Shown here piece after piece: positions 31,331 to 39,832 of a DNA stretch of 64,000 bases. A model generated the notes under the pieces. That model made no database searches. It had not been told where the DNA came from and worked only from the letters and a program-made list of their open reading frames with translations. Source of the stretch: an uncultured Actinomycetes bacterium (GTDB taxonomy: Bacteria > Actinomycetota > Thermoleophilia > UBA2241); the NCBI GenBank assembly GCA_963755025.1, contig CAVWIH010000025.1:1-64000 (forward strand). Direction: 5' to 3'. Numbering within the stretch: position 1 is the stretch's first letter; every line of letters starts with the position of its first letter. The position numbers were made by a program, and so were the translations under genes.

Positions 31331-33105
31331 TGGCCGCCGCCCGACGGGACGACGTTGAAGGAGCCTCCCGACGACGAGCGGCGGAAGCTGCCGCCGCCGA
31401 AGCCGCCGAGGCCGCCGAAGCTGCCGTTGCTTGTGCTCGAGTTGGTGCTGGCCGAGTTGGTGTACTGGCCGGTGACGACGACCTCACCCGCGGTGAGGCC
31501 GCTCGTGATCTGGGTGAGCGACGAGGTCGCCATGCCGGTGGTCACCTGACGGTACGTGGGGACGCCGTTCAGCATGACGCGCACGAACGACGCCGACGAG
31601 CTGCCGCTCACGGCGCTCGTGGGCACTATCAGCACGTTGCTGCGCGACGCGATCGTGACGGTGAGCGAGCCGGTCATGCCCGACTTGGCGAGGCTCGGCA
31701 GGCTGTGCGGAGCAAGGTCGACCGTGTACTCGACCGTGCTCGACGAACCCCCCGAAGAGCTCGACGACGCGGGCTCGCTGGAGATCGAGGTGATCGTCGC
31801 CGTGAAGGGATCGCCGGTGGCGCCGTCGATGGTGAGCGTGGCCTTTTGGCCGACCTTGAGCGCCGAGACGTTGGCCTGGGTCACGAGCGCCTGGGCGACG
31901 AGGTCGCGGGGGTAGTCGACCGTCGCCAGCGCTGTGCTGGTGCTGACGCTGCTGCCCAGGCTCACGCTCCACGATTCGATGGTCGCGCCCAGGGGCACCC
32001 ACACGAACTGCGACGTGGTGACCTTGCCGGTCTTGGTGAGGCCCTGAGCTCCCTGCCAGTCTTCGAGCGCGGTCTGGGTGGTGGCGCCGAACTCGCCGTT
32101 GACCGTGCCGCTGAAATAGCCGGCCGCCTTGAGAGCCCGCTGCAACGCCGCGACGTTGGAGCGCTGAGAACCCGTCGCCAGGCTCGTGGAGAGCGTCTCG
32201 TACAGCGGCGAGGGGCTCACGAAGGCGTAGATGCGCTTGCCGGAGAGCGTGAGCAGGTGTGCGAGCATGCTCGGCGCCCGGCCGGCCGCGAAGGGGATAC
32301 CGGTCACCACGCCGCTCGACGCCGTCGAGCTGCTGGCACTCGTCGAGCTGCTCGAACCGGTCGAGCCGCTGGCGGTCGACGCGCTACTGCCGCTCGAGGC
32401 AGAGCGGCTGGAATATGAGGAGGAGACGCTGCCGCTCGAGCTGCGCGTCGCGGTCGGCTTAGGCGTGGGCGTGCTGCTCCGCTTGGGGGCGGGCGTGACC
32501 GCGAACGTCGCCGCACTCGTGGCCACGCCGCCCGGAGCGGTGACCGCGATGGGGCCGCTCGTCGCTCCGCCGGGCACGGTGGTCGTGATCTGCGTATCGC
32601 TATTGACGGTGAAACGCGCTGTGCGGCCGTTGAAGGTGACCGCCGTTGCGCCGGTGAAGCCGCTGCCGACGACGGTCACGGTGCTGCCGACCGGCCCGGA
32701 GGTGGGGATCAGGGCCGTGATCGCGGGCACCGTGACATCGGTCAGCGTGGCGGCCGAGGCCGTCGCGCGGGCGGCGCTCGCGCCGCCGGCAGTGACCGCG
32801 CGCATGGTGGTGATCGCGTCGTGCCCCGTGACCGCACTGGCCGTTGTGGCCGACGTGGTGGCGGCCGAGTTCGTCGACGCGCTGCCGGTGCCGCCGAGCG
32901 AGATCGTCACTGCGTCGCGGGCGCCGGCCAGCGTGAAGTCGGACTGCACCGTCTCAGCGATCGTCCCCGTCGCCGCCGTCGAGGTGAGGTAGTGCACGCC
33001 GCTCGACTTGCCGCGACCGAAGAAGAAGACGGCGCCGACGACGGCCGCCGCGATCACGACCACGACGAGGGCGACGAGCCACCAGCGGCGTTTGAGTGTC
33101 TTCAT
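31327..33105 (-). CDS. Membrane fusion (MacA/YknX-like) adaptor with inserted IPT/TIG and peptidoglycan-binding domains
   Basis: N-terminal TM, IPT (PTSGPVGSTVTVVGSGF...SDTQIT), PG-binding (VAALQRAL...FGATTQTALEDWQ) and C-terminal ITSGLTAGEVVV. Confidence 0.82.
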   Translation of the reverse strand: MKTLKRRWWLVALVVVVIAAAVVGAVFFFGRGKSSGVHYLTSTAATGTIAETVQSDFTLAGARDAVTISLGGTGSASTNSAATTSATTASAVTGHDAITTMRAVTAGGASAARATASAATLTDVTVPAITALIPTSGPVGSTVTVVGSGFTGATAVTFNGRTARFTVNSDTQITTTVPGGATSGPIAVTAPGGVATSAATFAVTPAPKRSSTPTPKPTATRSSSGSVSSSYSSRSASSGSSASTASGSTGSSSSTSASSSTASSGVVTGIPFAAGRAPSMLAHLLTLSGKRIYAFVSPSPLYETLSTSLATGSQRSNVAALQRALKAAGYFSGTVNGEFGATTQTALEDWQGAQGLTKTGKVTTSQFVWVPLGATIESWSVSLGSSVSTSTALATVDYPRDLVAQALVTQANVSALKVGQKATLTIDGATGDPFTATITSISSEPASSSSSGGSSSTVEYTVDLAPHSLPSLAKSGMTGSLTVTIASRSNVLIVPTSAVSGSSSASFVRVMLNGVPTYRQVTTGMATSSLTQITSGLTAGEVVVTGQYTNSASTNSSTSNGSFGGLGGFGGGSFRRSSSGGSFNVVPSGGGQ

Positions 33106-33166
33106 CGGCCCTCGACTCCTTCGTGTCGCTGCGACGACCCCGCCCGACGCTCGCGGCCGGCGCCGC

Positions 33167-34093
33167 TCATGTCCCGCTCGTCGTGCCGTTGGACTGCTGT
33201 CCGCCCTGCGGGAACCCGGCGCCGCCGGACTGACCGCTGCGGAACCCGCGGCCGAACCCCGAGAAGCGACGCGTGTAGACGACGTTCTGACCGACGCTCA
33301 GCCCCGAGGTGATCTCGGACTCGCCCGCGACCTGCTGGCCGACGACCACGCTTTGCGTGCTGGTCTTGCCGCCCGCGAGCAGCTGCACGGTGGCGCTGCT
33401 GCCGCTGCCCTTGATGGCGGCCGTGGGGATGATCAGCACGTTGCTGGCCAGCACCTTCACCTGGATCTGAGCGATACCCGTGTACTTCGTGGTGACGCCC
33501 GCCGGCAACGTGGCGATCGTGATCGTGGCCGAGACCGAGCCGTTGCTGCCGGCGGCGATCGCCGTTACGGTGCCCTGGGCCGTCTTGCCGCCGAACGCGC
33601 TCAGGCCGCCCTGGCCGCCGCCCCCGCCGAAGAAGCCCTGGCCGCCGGAGTAGCCCGAGCCGCCACTGGGTGCGCCGCTCTGGCCGGGGTTGGGCGCGCC
33701 GCTCGCGCCCGCGTAGGGGCGCGGAGACCCGGAACCGAAGAAGCGCCGCGCGCCGGCGGGCAGCTTGACGAACACCACGGTGACCGGCTGTCCGACGGCG
33801 ACCTGTGCAGCGTTCGTGCCGTTCACCTGGACGACGGCCTTGACGTTGGCCTTGCTCTTGACCGACGCGAGCTGCAGCCGACCGGCCACGCTGTCGACCA
33901 GGTTGCCGCGGCGCACCGTGGCGAGGACCTGAGCCGTTCGGCCGCCGGTCGCGCTGGTCGACCCTCCGGTGGTCGCGGCGTTGCTCGAGCCGCAGGCGGC
34001 CAGCAGGGCGCCCGCCGCCACGGTCAGGGCGACGAGCGCGCCCAGGGCGGCGGCGCGCCGCCGGGTCGGCAGGCGCAGGTGGCGTGACGTCAT
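33167..34093 (-). CDS. Lipoprotein, second truncated MFP-like adaptor
   Basis: Lipobox LAAC, ATVRRGNL, NVLIIPTAAI...EITSGLSVGQNVV. Confidence 0.75.
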   Translation of the reverse strand: MTSRHLRLPTRRRAAALGALVALTVAAGALLAACGSSNAATTGGSTSATGGRTAQVLATVRRGNLVDSVAGRLQLASVKSKANVKAVVQVNGTNAAQVAVGQPVTVVFVKLPAGARRFFGSGSPRPYAGASGAPNPGQSGAPSGGSGYSGGQGFFGGGGGQGGLSAFGGKTAQGTVTAIAAGSNGSVSATITIATLPAGVTTKYTGIAQIQVKVLASNVLIIPTAAIKGSGSSATVQLLAGGKTSTQSVVVGQQVAGESEITSGLSVGQNVVYTRRFSGFGRGFRSGQSGGAGFPQGGQQSNGTTSGT

Positions 34094-34096
34094 CGC

Positions 34097-34840
34097 TTAT
34101 CCCTCCGTCGGGTGATGGTCGTGCAAGGCTCCGTCGCGCAGCACCAGCCGGCGGTCGGCGTGGTCGGCGACGTCTTCTTCGTGGGTGATCATGACGATGG
34201 TGCGGCCCTGGTCGTGGAGCGCGTCGAGCAGGTCGAGCACTTCGTCGGTGGCCGCCAGGTCGAGGTTGCCGGTGGGCTCGTCGACCAGGAGCAGCTCGGG
34301 GTCGCCCACGAGGGCGCGGGCGATCGCCACGCGCTGCATCTGGCCGCCCGAGAGGCGGCTGGGGTCGTGGCTCTCGCGGTCGGCCAAGCCGACGGCGTCG
34401 AGCGCCGCGTGAGCGCGGCGCAGGCGCTCGGCGCGCCGCACGCCACGGTAGACGAGCGGCGTGGCCACGTTTTCGAGGGCGCTGGTGCGCGGCAGCAGGT
34501 TGTGGAGCTGAAAGACGAAGCCGAGCAGCTCGTTGCGCAGCCGGGCGCGAGCGCCGTCGTCTAAGCCGCTGACGTCGCGGCCGGCCAGCAGGTAGGTGCC
34601 CGAGTCGGCGCTGTCGAGCAGGCCGAGCACGTGCAGCAGGGTAGATTTACCCGAGCCCGAGCGGCCGGTGCAGGCGACCCACTCGCTGCGGCGCACGTAC
34701 AGGTCGAGGTCGTACAGCACCGGCAGGGCGATGTCGCCGTGGCGGTAGGTACGTTCGATGCCGGTCGCGGCGAGAATGACGTCGGGGTCGGCAAGCGGGG
34801 CCGCGGATGCACTCGCGGACGGCGCTGCGGGCTCACTCAC
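34097..34840 (-). CDS. LolD/MacB-type ABC ATP-binding protein
   Basis: [37 protein letters not shown]. Confidence 0.93.
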   Translation of the reverse strand: MSEPAAPSASASAAPLADPDVILAATGIERTYRHGDIALPVLYDLDLYVRRSEWVACTGRSGSGKSTLLHVLGLLDSADSGTYLLAGRDVSGLDDGARARLRNELLGFVFQLHNLLPRTSALENVATPLVYRGVRRAERLRRAHAALDAVGLADRESHDPSRLSGGQMQRVAIARALVGDPELLLVDEPTGNLDLAATDEVLDLLDALHDQGRTIVMITHEEDVADHADRRLVLRDGALHDHHPTEG

Positions 34841-34871
34841 CAAGCTCTCCTTGTCGTTGTAGGCGAACGCG

Positions 34872-34926
34872 AGTCTAGAAGCACTGCCTGAGCGGAAGCT
34901 GGGCTGAAGCTGTGAGTTGGCTGAGT
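34872..34926 (-). promoter_or_regulatory. Four 11-bp-phased MprA-like boxes plus -10, upstream of the MacAB-like operon
   Basis: Minus strand ACTCAG-N5-TCACAG-N5-GCCCAG-N5-GCTCAG-N10-TAGACT. Confidence 0.7.
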
Positions 34927-35091
34927 ATAGCGTCCGGAGCGCGTGCCGGGCCGACCGACACAACAACACGGGCTAGAGTCGCCGCCGTGTGGGCATAGAC
35001 ACGCTACGGTGGGTCGACACTGGGCTGGCGAACCCCGGCCGATGTCGTGGGGCCACCGTGTACTAAAGAACCAAGTGTGAGGGAGAGAGTC

Positions 35092-35412
35092 GTGACCGAC
35101 GTGCAGGAGCTGGCGGGTGCGCTGGCAGAAATGGCCACGGCAGGGCGCAGGAGCTTCACGTTCGAGGAGGTCCTCGCCGCGGGACGGCCGGCGATGTACC
35201 GGAAGTTCGGCGACCACCTGCTGTTCTTGGGCGGGCGTGTGTTCGACGTGCACGAACCCGGCGCGCCTATCGAGCTCGGAGTCGCAGCGCGTCCCGAAGA
35301 GCGCCGGGCGGCCGTCGCCGACCGCGCGCTCACGGTGGGGATCGAGTACGGCTGGCGCCACGCCGGCGGTTGCCCGTGCTCGTACTGCACGGGGTCGCGC
35401 GAAGCCGCCTGA
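35092..35412 (+). CDS. Small hypothetical protein with C-terminal HxxGCxCxxC motif
   Basis: RBS-like GAGGGAG plus GTG. Ends WRHAGGCPCSYC and is followed by a strong hairpin. Confidence 0.65.
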   Translation: MTDVQELAGALAEMATAGRRSFTFEEVLAAGRPAMYRKFGDHLLFLGGRVFDVHEPGAPIELGVAARPEERRAAVADRALTVGIEYGWRHAGGCPCSYCTGSREAA

Positions 35413-35450
35413 GACCTGATCGAGCACGCCGCCACAGGCGGGCGGCGACC

Positions 35451-35495
35451 CGGCGGGGCCGGCGGTCCGCTTGCAGCGGACCGCCGGCCCCGCCG
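35451..35495. terminator. Perfect GC-rich hairpin
   Basis: CGGCGGGGCCGGCGGTCCGC...GCGGACCGCCGGCCCCGCCG, at least a 20-bp inverted repeat. Confidence 0.7.
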
Positions 35496-35599
35496 TACGT
35501 TACGGACTCTTTGCGGCGACCCCGGTCCTCTTCACGGCGCCTTAACGCGCGCGGGGGCACAACTTAAAGGCATACGGCAACGTGGGAGGGAGGCGCCCC

Positions 35600-35695
35600 A
35601 TGCTGATCGCCGGGATCGCCTACATCGCGGCCCTGAGCCTGCTGCTCCTGGGCATCTACGAAGCGGCCGCTCGCCGCATCCGCCACCACCACTGA
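35600..35695 (+). CDS. 31-aa single-pass membrane peptide, not in the ORF track
   Basis: RBS GGGAGGGAGG 7 nt before ATG. Sequence MLIAGIAYIAALSLLLLGIYEAAARRIRHHH*, with GC3-biased codons. Confidence 0.6.
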   Translation: MLIAGIAYIAALSLLLLGIYEAAARRIRHHH

Positions 35696-35753
35696 CCATC
35701 GCTCGACTCGTGCGCTGCGCCGTCGCGACGGCGCCTCGCCGCGCCCTCGGCGC

Positions 35754-36485
35754 TCAGCGCACGCGCGTCACCAGCGGGCTGCCGTCGGCGGCCAGGCGGC
35801 GGCGCAGCGGTATGAAGCGCGCCGACAAGCCCGTGAGCTCCGCTTCGACGACCACGACCGTGGGAACGTCGTCGTCTTCGTCGGGGGCGCTCGCCGTACC
35901 GGGATTGAGCTGCAGCGTGCCGTCGATCCACGCGACCGAGGGCACGTGCACGTGACCGCAGACCGCAAGGTCGGGCGGCGGCGCGCCGCCTGCGTCGGTC
36001 GCCAGGCGGCCGGCGGCCAGGTGCTTGAGCAGCCGCTTGGGTTTGTGGGCGACCACGTAGCGCACGCCGGCCACCTCACCCTCGACCTCGCGCGGCAGCG
36101 CCGCGCTCAGGTCGTCGGGCTCGACGTTGCCCGACACCACCGTGAGCGGGGCGATCGCCTGCAGCGCGGCGATGATCGCGGGGTCGCCCACGTCGCCGGC
36201 GTGGATGATGAGGTCGACGCCGGCGAACAGCGTGGCCACGCTGGGGTCGAGGTAGCCGTGCGTGTCGCTGATGACCCCGATGCGCGGCCGGCGCGCCGGC
36301 TCGGCGGCGCTCGCCACCGCACTCGTCGCGGTGCGGTGTGCGCGGCGACGGCGTTGCCGTTCGCGCGCCTCGGCGTGGCCGACCGACGCCGTGCCTGCCG
36401 CTGCCGTGCCCGCCGCCGCCGTGCCAGCGGCCGCCGCCGTGCCCGCGGCCGGCGCCGCGGCGCGACGGTCGTCCCCCTCAGCCAT
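35754..36485 (-). CDS. Metallophosphoesterase (YfcE/MJ0936 family)
   Basis: ISDTHG, HAGDVG, SGNV, CGHVHVP, NPGT. Confidence 0.88.
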   Translation of the reverse strand: MAEGDDRRAAAPAAGTAAAAGTAAAGTAAAGTASVGHAEARERQRRRRAHRTATSAVASAAEPARRPRIGVISDTHGYLDPSVATLFAGVDLIIHAGDVGDPAIIAALQAIAPLTVVSGNVEPDDLSAALPREVEGEVAGVRYVVAHKPKRLLKHLAAGRLATDAGGAPPPDLAVCGHVHVPSVAWIDGTLQLNPGTASAPDEDDDVPTVVVVEAELTGLSARFIPLRRRLAADGSPLVTRVR

Positions 36486-36587
36486 GACTGCCTCCCTGTG
36501 GACGGTGGTCGCGTCCGTTGTCGCACCAATCGCAAAACGGTCGTTGCCGCGCGCCGTGGCGCCGCTCGGACCGGCGAGCGCCGGCCG

Positions 36588-36738
36588 TCAGGCCCGCGGA
36601 TAGATGATCAGCAGCACCGCGCTGTACACGATAAGCCCGCCGGCCACGCAAAGCACGGCCTGGCGCTATCTCGAGGCGCGTGCTGCTCGCACCGCCGGAC
36701 TCGCGCTCGCGCAGGTGCGAAGCGATCTCGGTGTTCAT
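36588..36738 (-). CDS. Possible ~50-aa membrane peptide, requires one frameshift
   Basis: MNTEIASHLRERE is followed in another frame by QAVLCVAGGLIVYSAVLLIIYPRA*. Confidence 0.35.
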
Positions 36739-36831
36739 GTTGCCTTCGGGCACCTCTGCCTGGCTGTCGTGGTCGCGGTCGGCGTCGCGCTACTCTACCT
36801 AACGGGCTGGCGCCGCGTCGCGAGGCGCCCG

Positions 36832-37752
36832 TTAGCCGGCGGGGCCGCCCGGTTGCGGCGTGGCTGGGCCGAGGTGCTGGGGCGCGTCGTCGCCGCCCGA
36901 ACGGCGGTCGGGCGCGTCGTCGTCGGCGGGGGCGGCGAAGTTGAGCGCCTCGCCGGGCATGAGCAGGCGCACGTCGACGTCGGGCGCCGCTTCGGCGGCG
37001 AGCCGCACGAACTCTTCGGGGCGGTGCAGGGTGCGCTGGAACCAGGCGTAGGTCGCCTGCTTGCCGGCGTAGGCCGAGCCGGGCACGTAGAGCGTGCCCC
37101 AGTGGATGGGCACGGCGATGCGCGGCCGCAACAGGCTGAGCGCGTCGGCCGCGGAGCGCGGGCTCAGGTGCCGGCCCTCGGGCGGTCGCACGCCCCAGGT
37201 CTCGATGGGCAGCAGGGCCACATCGATGCGGTCGTGCAGGTCGTCCATGCCGTCGAACAGGCCGGTGTCGCCGGCAAAGTAGACCGTCGACGAGCCGTGC
37301 ACGATGAAGCCCAGCGGTTCGGTGGGCGGCGACACGACCCAGCGCCGGCGTGTGTGCCGGGCATGGACCGCCATGACCTCGACGTCGCCGAAGTGCAGGC
37401 TCGTGTCGCGGCGCGTCTCGACCACGGTCTTGAATCCGATGTGGCTCACGGTGCGGCCCATGTGCGGCGGCCCGATCACGACGGCCGACTTGGGCAGCAG
37501 CTTGAGCGACGACGTGTCGAGGTGGTCGAGGTGCAGGTGCGAGATCAGGATGACGTCGATGTGACGGCGCACGCTCGCGTCGGGCAGGTCGCCGTAGCGG
37601 CGCAGCGGACCGACCCAGCGCTTGAGCACCGGATCGGTCAGGATGCGCATGCCGTCCATCTCGATCAGGACGGTGCCCTGACCGACGTAGGTCACCTTCG
37701 TCTGGCCGGCCGGCTGCGCCTCGGGCTCGGCGACGGGCGAAGGATCAGCCAC
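36832..37752 (-). CDS. MBL-fold metallo-hydrolase (UlaG-like)
   Basis: ILTDPV, ISHLHLDHLD, YFAGDT, DVALLPI, VPIHWGT. Confidence 0.9.
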   Translation of the reverse strand: MADPSPVAEPEAQPAGQTKVTYVGQGTVLIEMDGMRILTDPVLKRWVGPLRRYGDLPDASVRRHIDVILISHLHLDHLDTSSLKLLPKSAVVIGPPHMGRTVSHIGFKTVVETRRDTSLHFGDVEVMAVHARHTRRRWVVSPPTEPLGFIVHGSSTVYFAGDTGLFDGMDDLHDRIDVALLPIETWGVRPPEGRHLSPRSAADALSLLRPRIAVPIHWGTLYVPGSAYAGKQATYAWFQRTLHRPEEFVRLAAEAAPDVDVRLLMPGEALNFAAPADDDAPDRRSGGDDAPQHLGPATPQPGGPAG

Positions 37753-38007
37753 GGTCGCCGCCCGGCGCCAAAGACGGTCGCTCGTTCTGGCAGATGGTCC
37801 ACCTCGCTTGCTCGCTTGCGGTCGGGCGACATTGGTCGCACGGTGTGCGCGGTCGCCGCGCAGCCGTCGCACGGTCGTCGCAGGATGGTTCCCGCGGGCG
37901 GCGCTTCGTCAATCTACCACCTGGCCGCCGTCGGGCCCTGCTAGAGTGGAGCCGCCGGAGGGGCGCCGCCCGCAGAGGCGGACGGGCCCCAGTCGAGGAG
38001 GTGCGCC

Positions 38008-38506
38008 ATGGCCACGACCACCCCAACGATCCGCCCCGCCACGGCCGCCGATGCCGCCGCCGTCGCGGCCATCTACAACCAGGCCGTGCTGACGTCGACG
38101 GCCACCTTCGACCTCGAACCCGAGACGGTCGCCGCGCGCGCCGCCTGGCTGGCGGCGCCCGAGCACGCGCCTCTGCCTGGTGGGCGAGGTCGCGGGGCGC
38201 GTCGCGGGCTGGTCGAGCCTCGTGCGCTGGTCGGCGCGAGCCGGCTACGACCAGACGGCCGAAGCCTCGATCTACGTCGCCCCCGACGCGCAGCGCTCGG
38301 GCCTGGGCGTGGCCCTGGCCGGCGCCGCCGTGGCGGCCGCCCCGGCCCTGGGACTGCACGTCGTGATCGCCCAGATCTGCGCCGACAACGCCGGGGGGCT
38401 GGCGCTGGCCGCAAGCCTGGGCTTCGCCCGCGTCGGCACGCTGCACGAAGTGGGCCACAAGTTCGGGCGCGTGCTCGACGTCGCGCTCTGCGAGCGCCTG
38501 GTCTAG
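38008..38506 (+). CDS. GNAT N-acetyltransferase (phosphinothricin/MddA-like), frameshift near 38170
   Basis: IYNQAVLTSTATFD...EASIYV...GF...EVGHKFGRVLDV. Confidence 0.88.
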
Positions 38507-38929
38507 CCCTTCTCGCGCGCCGCTTCCGCCGGCGCGTTCGTCTCCCCCGCCGGCGCGCTCGCTGCCGCCTCGCTGGCCGCCAGGGCCTCGGCGCGCGCCT
38601 TTATGCCGAGCAGCGCCTTGCGCATGAAGGGAAAGTCGAAGGCGTCGACGGCGAGCTGGATCAGGATGTACGGCGACGTCCAGCGGTAGTGGTCGCGCAT
38701 GCGCGTGAGCAGGCGGGTGTGGCCCTCGTCGAGCGGCTCGAGGCGCCACAGCCAGGTGCCCGACGACACGCCGCGGCGCCCGACGGCGTCGCCGTCGGCG
38801 TCTTTGGCGCGCCACAGCATCCACTCGTTCTCGCGATAGTCGACGCACACCATGAAGGTCACCGGAGTCATGGGGAACTCCTTCCCGACGGCCAGGTCCT
38901 GGTGCTCGGGCAGGATCTCCCAAACCCAT
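38503..38929 (-). CDS. SRPBCC-like protein, short form, probable indel after the start codon
   Basis: RBS GGGAGG. EILPEHQDLAVG...TWLWRLEP...TRLLTR...FMRKALLGIKARAE. Confidence 0.6.
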
Positions 38930-39163
38930 CGTCTGCGCCCTCCCCCGTGCGGTCGAACCGAGCCTCGACATCTTATCGCGTCGCTGCCGGTCGAGCGCGG
39001 CGGCGGCGGCCGGCGCAACGGCATTGAAAGGCCGCGAGCGAGGCAATGATGCTCGCCTAGGCGCACGCGCGGGTCGCCTGCGGCGAGGCCGTGGGCGCAC
39101 GAGCCTCGACGAGACGTCACAGGCGAGCCACCCGCTTGCACCAGGCACGACGGGAGGTCGGGG

Positions 39164-39775
39164 ATGGCAAGCCAGGTCGAGTCCACGCAAGTCGCCGCCG
39201 GCCGCGGCCGCGGCGCTCGGCTTCGCGGCGCCGCGCGGCGCAGCGCGCGCGCCCTGCCCGACCACGCGCCGCGCAGCCTTGTGGTGCGCGCCCTGCTGGC
39301 CCTCGTCGCCCTGGCCGGGGCCGCCTGGTTCATCGCCATCGCCGTGCGCGAGGCCGAAAAGGCCCTGGGCTACGCGCCGGCGGGCGACGTGGCGGCGTCG
39401 GTCGCGGCCATCATCCTCGTGCCCGCCGCGGTGAGCTTTGCCGCGCCGCTGCTCGACGCCTACCTGACCCTCATCCTGGGCAGGGTCGCGCCCGGCACCT
39501 GGAGCCGCATCACGGCCGAGTCGCTGGGCGCCCTCGTGCTGGCCTGCTGCGCGACCGTGCTCGAGCCCCGGCTCTGGCCCGGCATCGGCGTGCTGGCCCT
39601 GGTCGCCGTGCTCGGGGTGCTGTTCGGGCTGCGCCGCTGGCAGCCGCAGGTCGTGGCCGACGAACGTGCGGCCCGGCTGCCCCTCGTGCTCCTGCTGCTC
39701 GACGAGCCGCGCGCCCACAGGAACGGCCCCGGCGTCGTCTCGCGGCCGGTGCCCTCGGAGCGCGAAGCCGCCTGA
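39164..39775 (+). CDS. Hypothetical multi-pass membrane protein
   Basis: RBS GGAGG and about four hydrophobic segments, immediately upstream of the PBP gene. Confidence 0.65.
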   Translation: MASQVESTQVAAGRGRGARLRGAARRSARALPDHAPRSLVVRALLALVALAGAAWFIAIAVREAEKALGYAPAGDVAASVAAIILVPAAVSFAAPLLDAYLTLILGRVAPGTWSRITAESLGALVLACCATVLEPRLWPGIGVLALVAVLGVLFGLRRWQPQVVADERAARLPLVLLLLDEPRAHRNGPGVVSRPVPSEREAA

Positions 39776-39832
39776 GCGCCTGAGGACGCGTGTGACACCG
39801 CTCGCCACAAGCGACACCGGGGGGCTCCGGCT

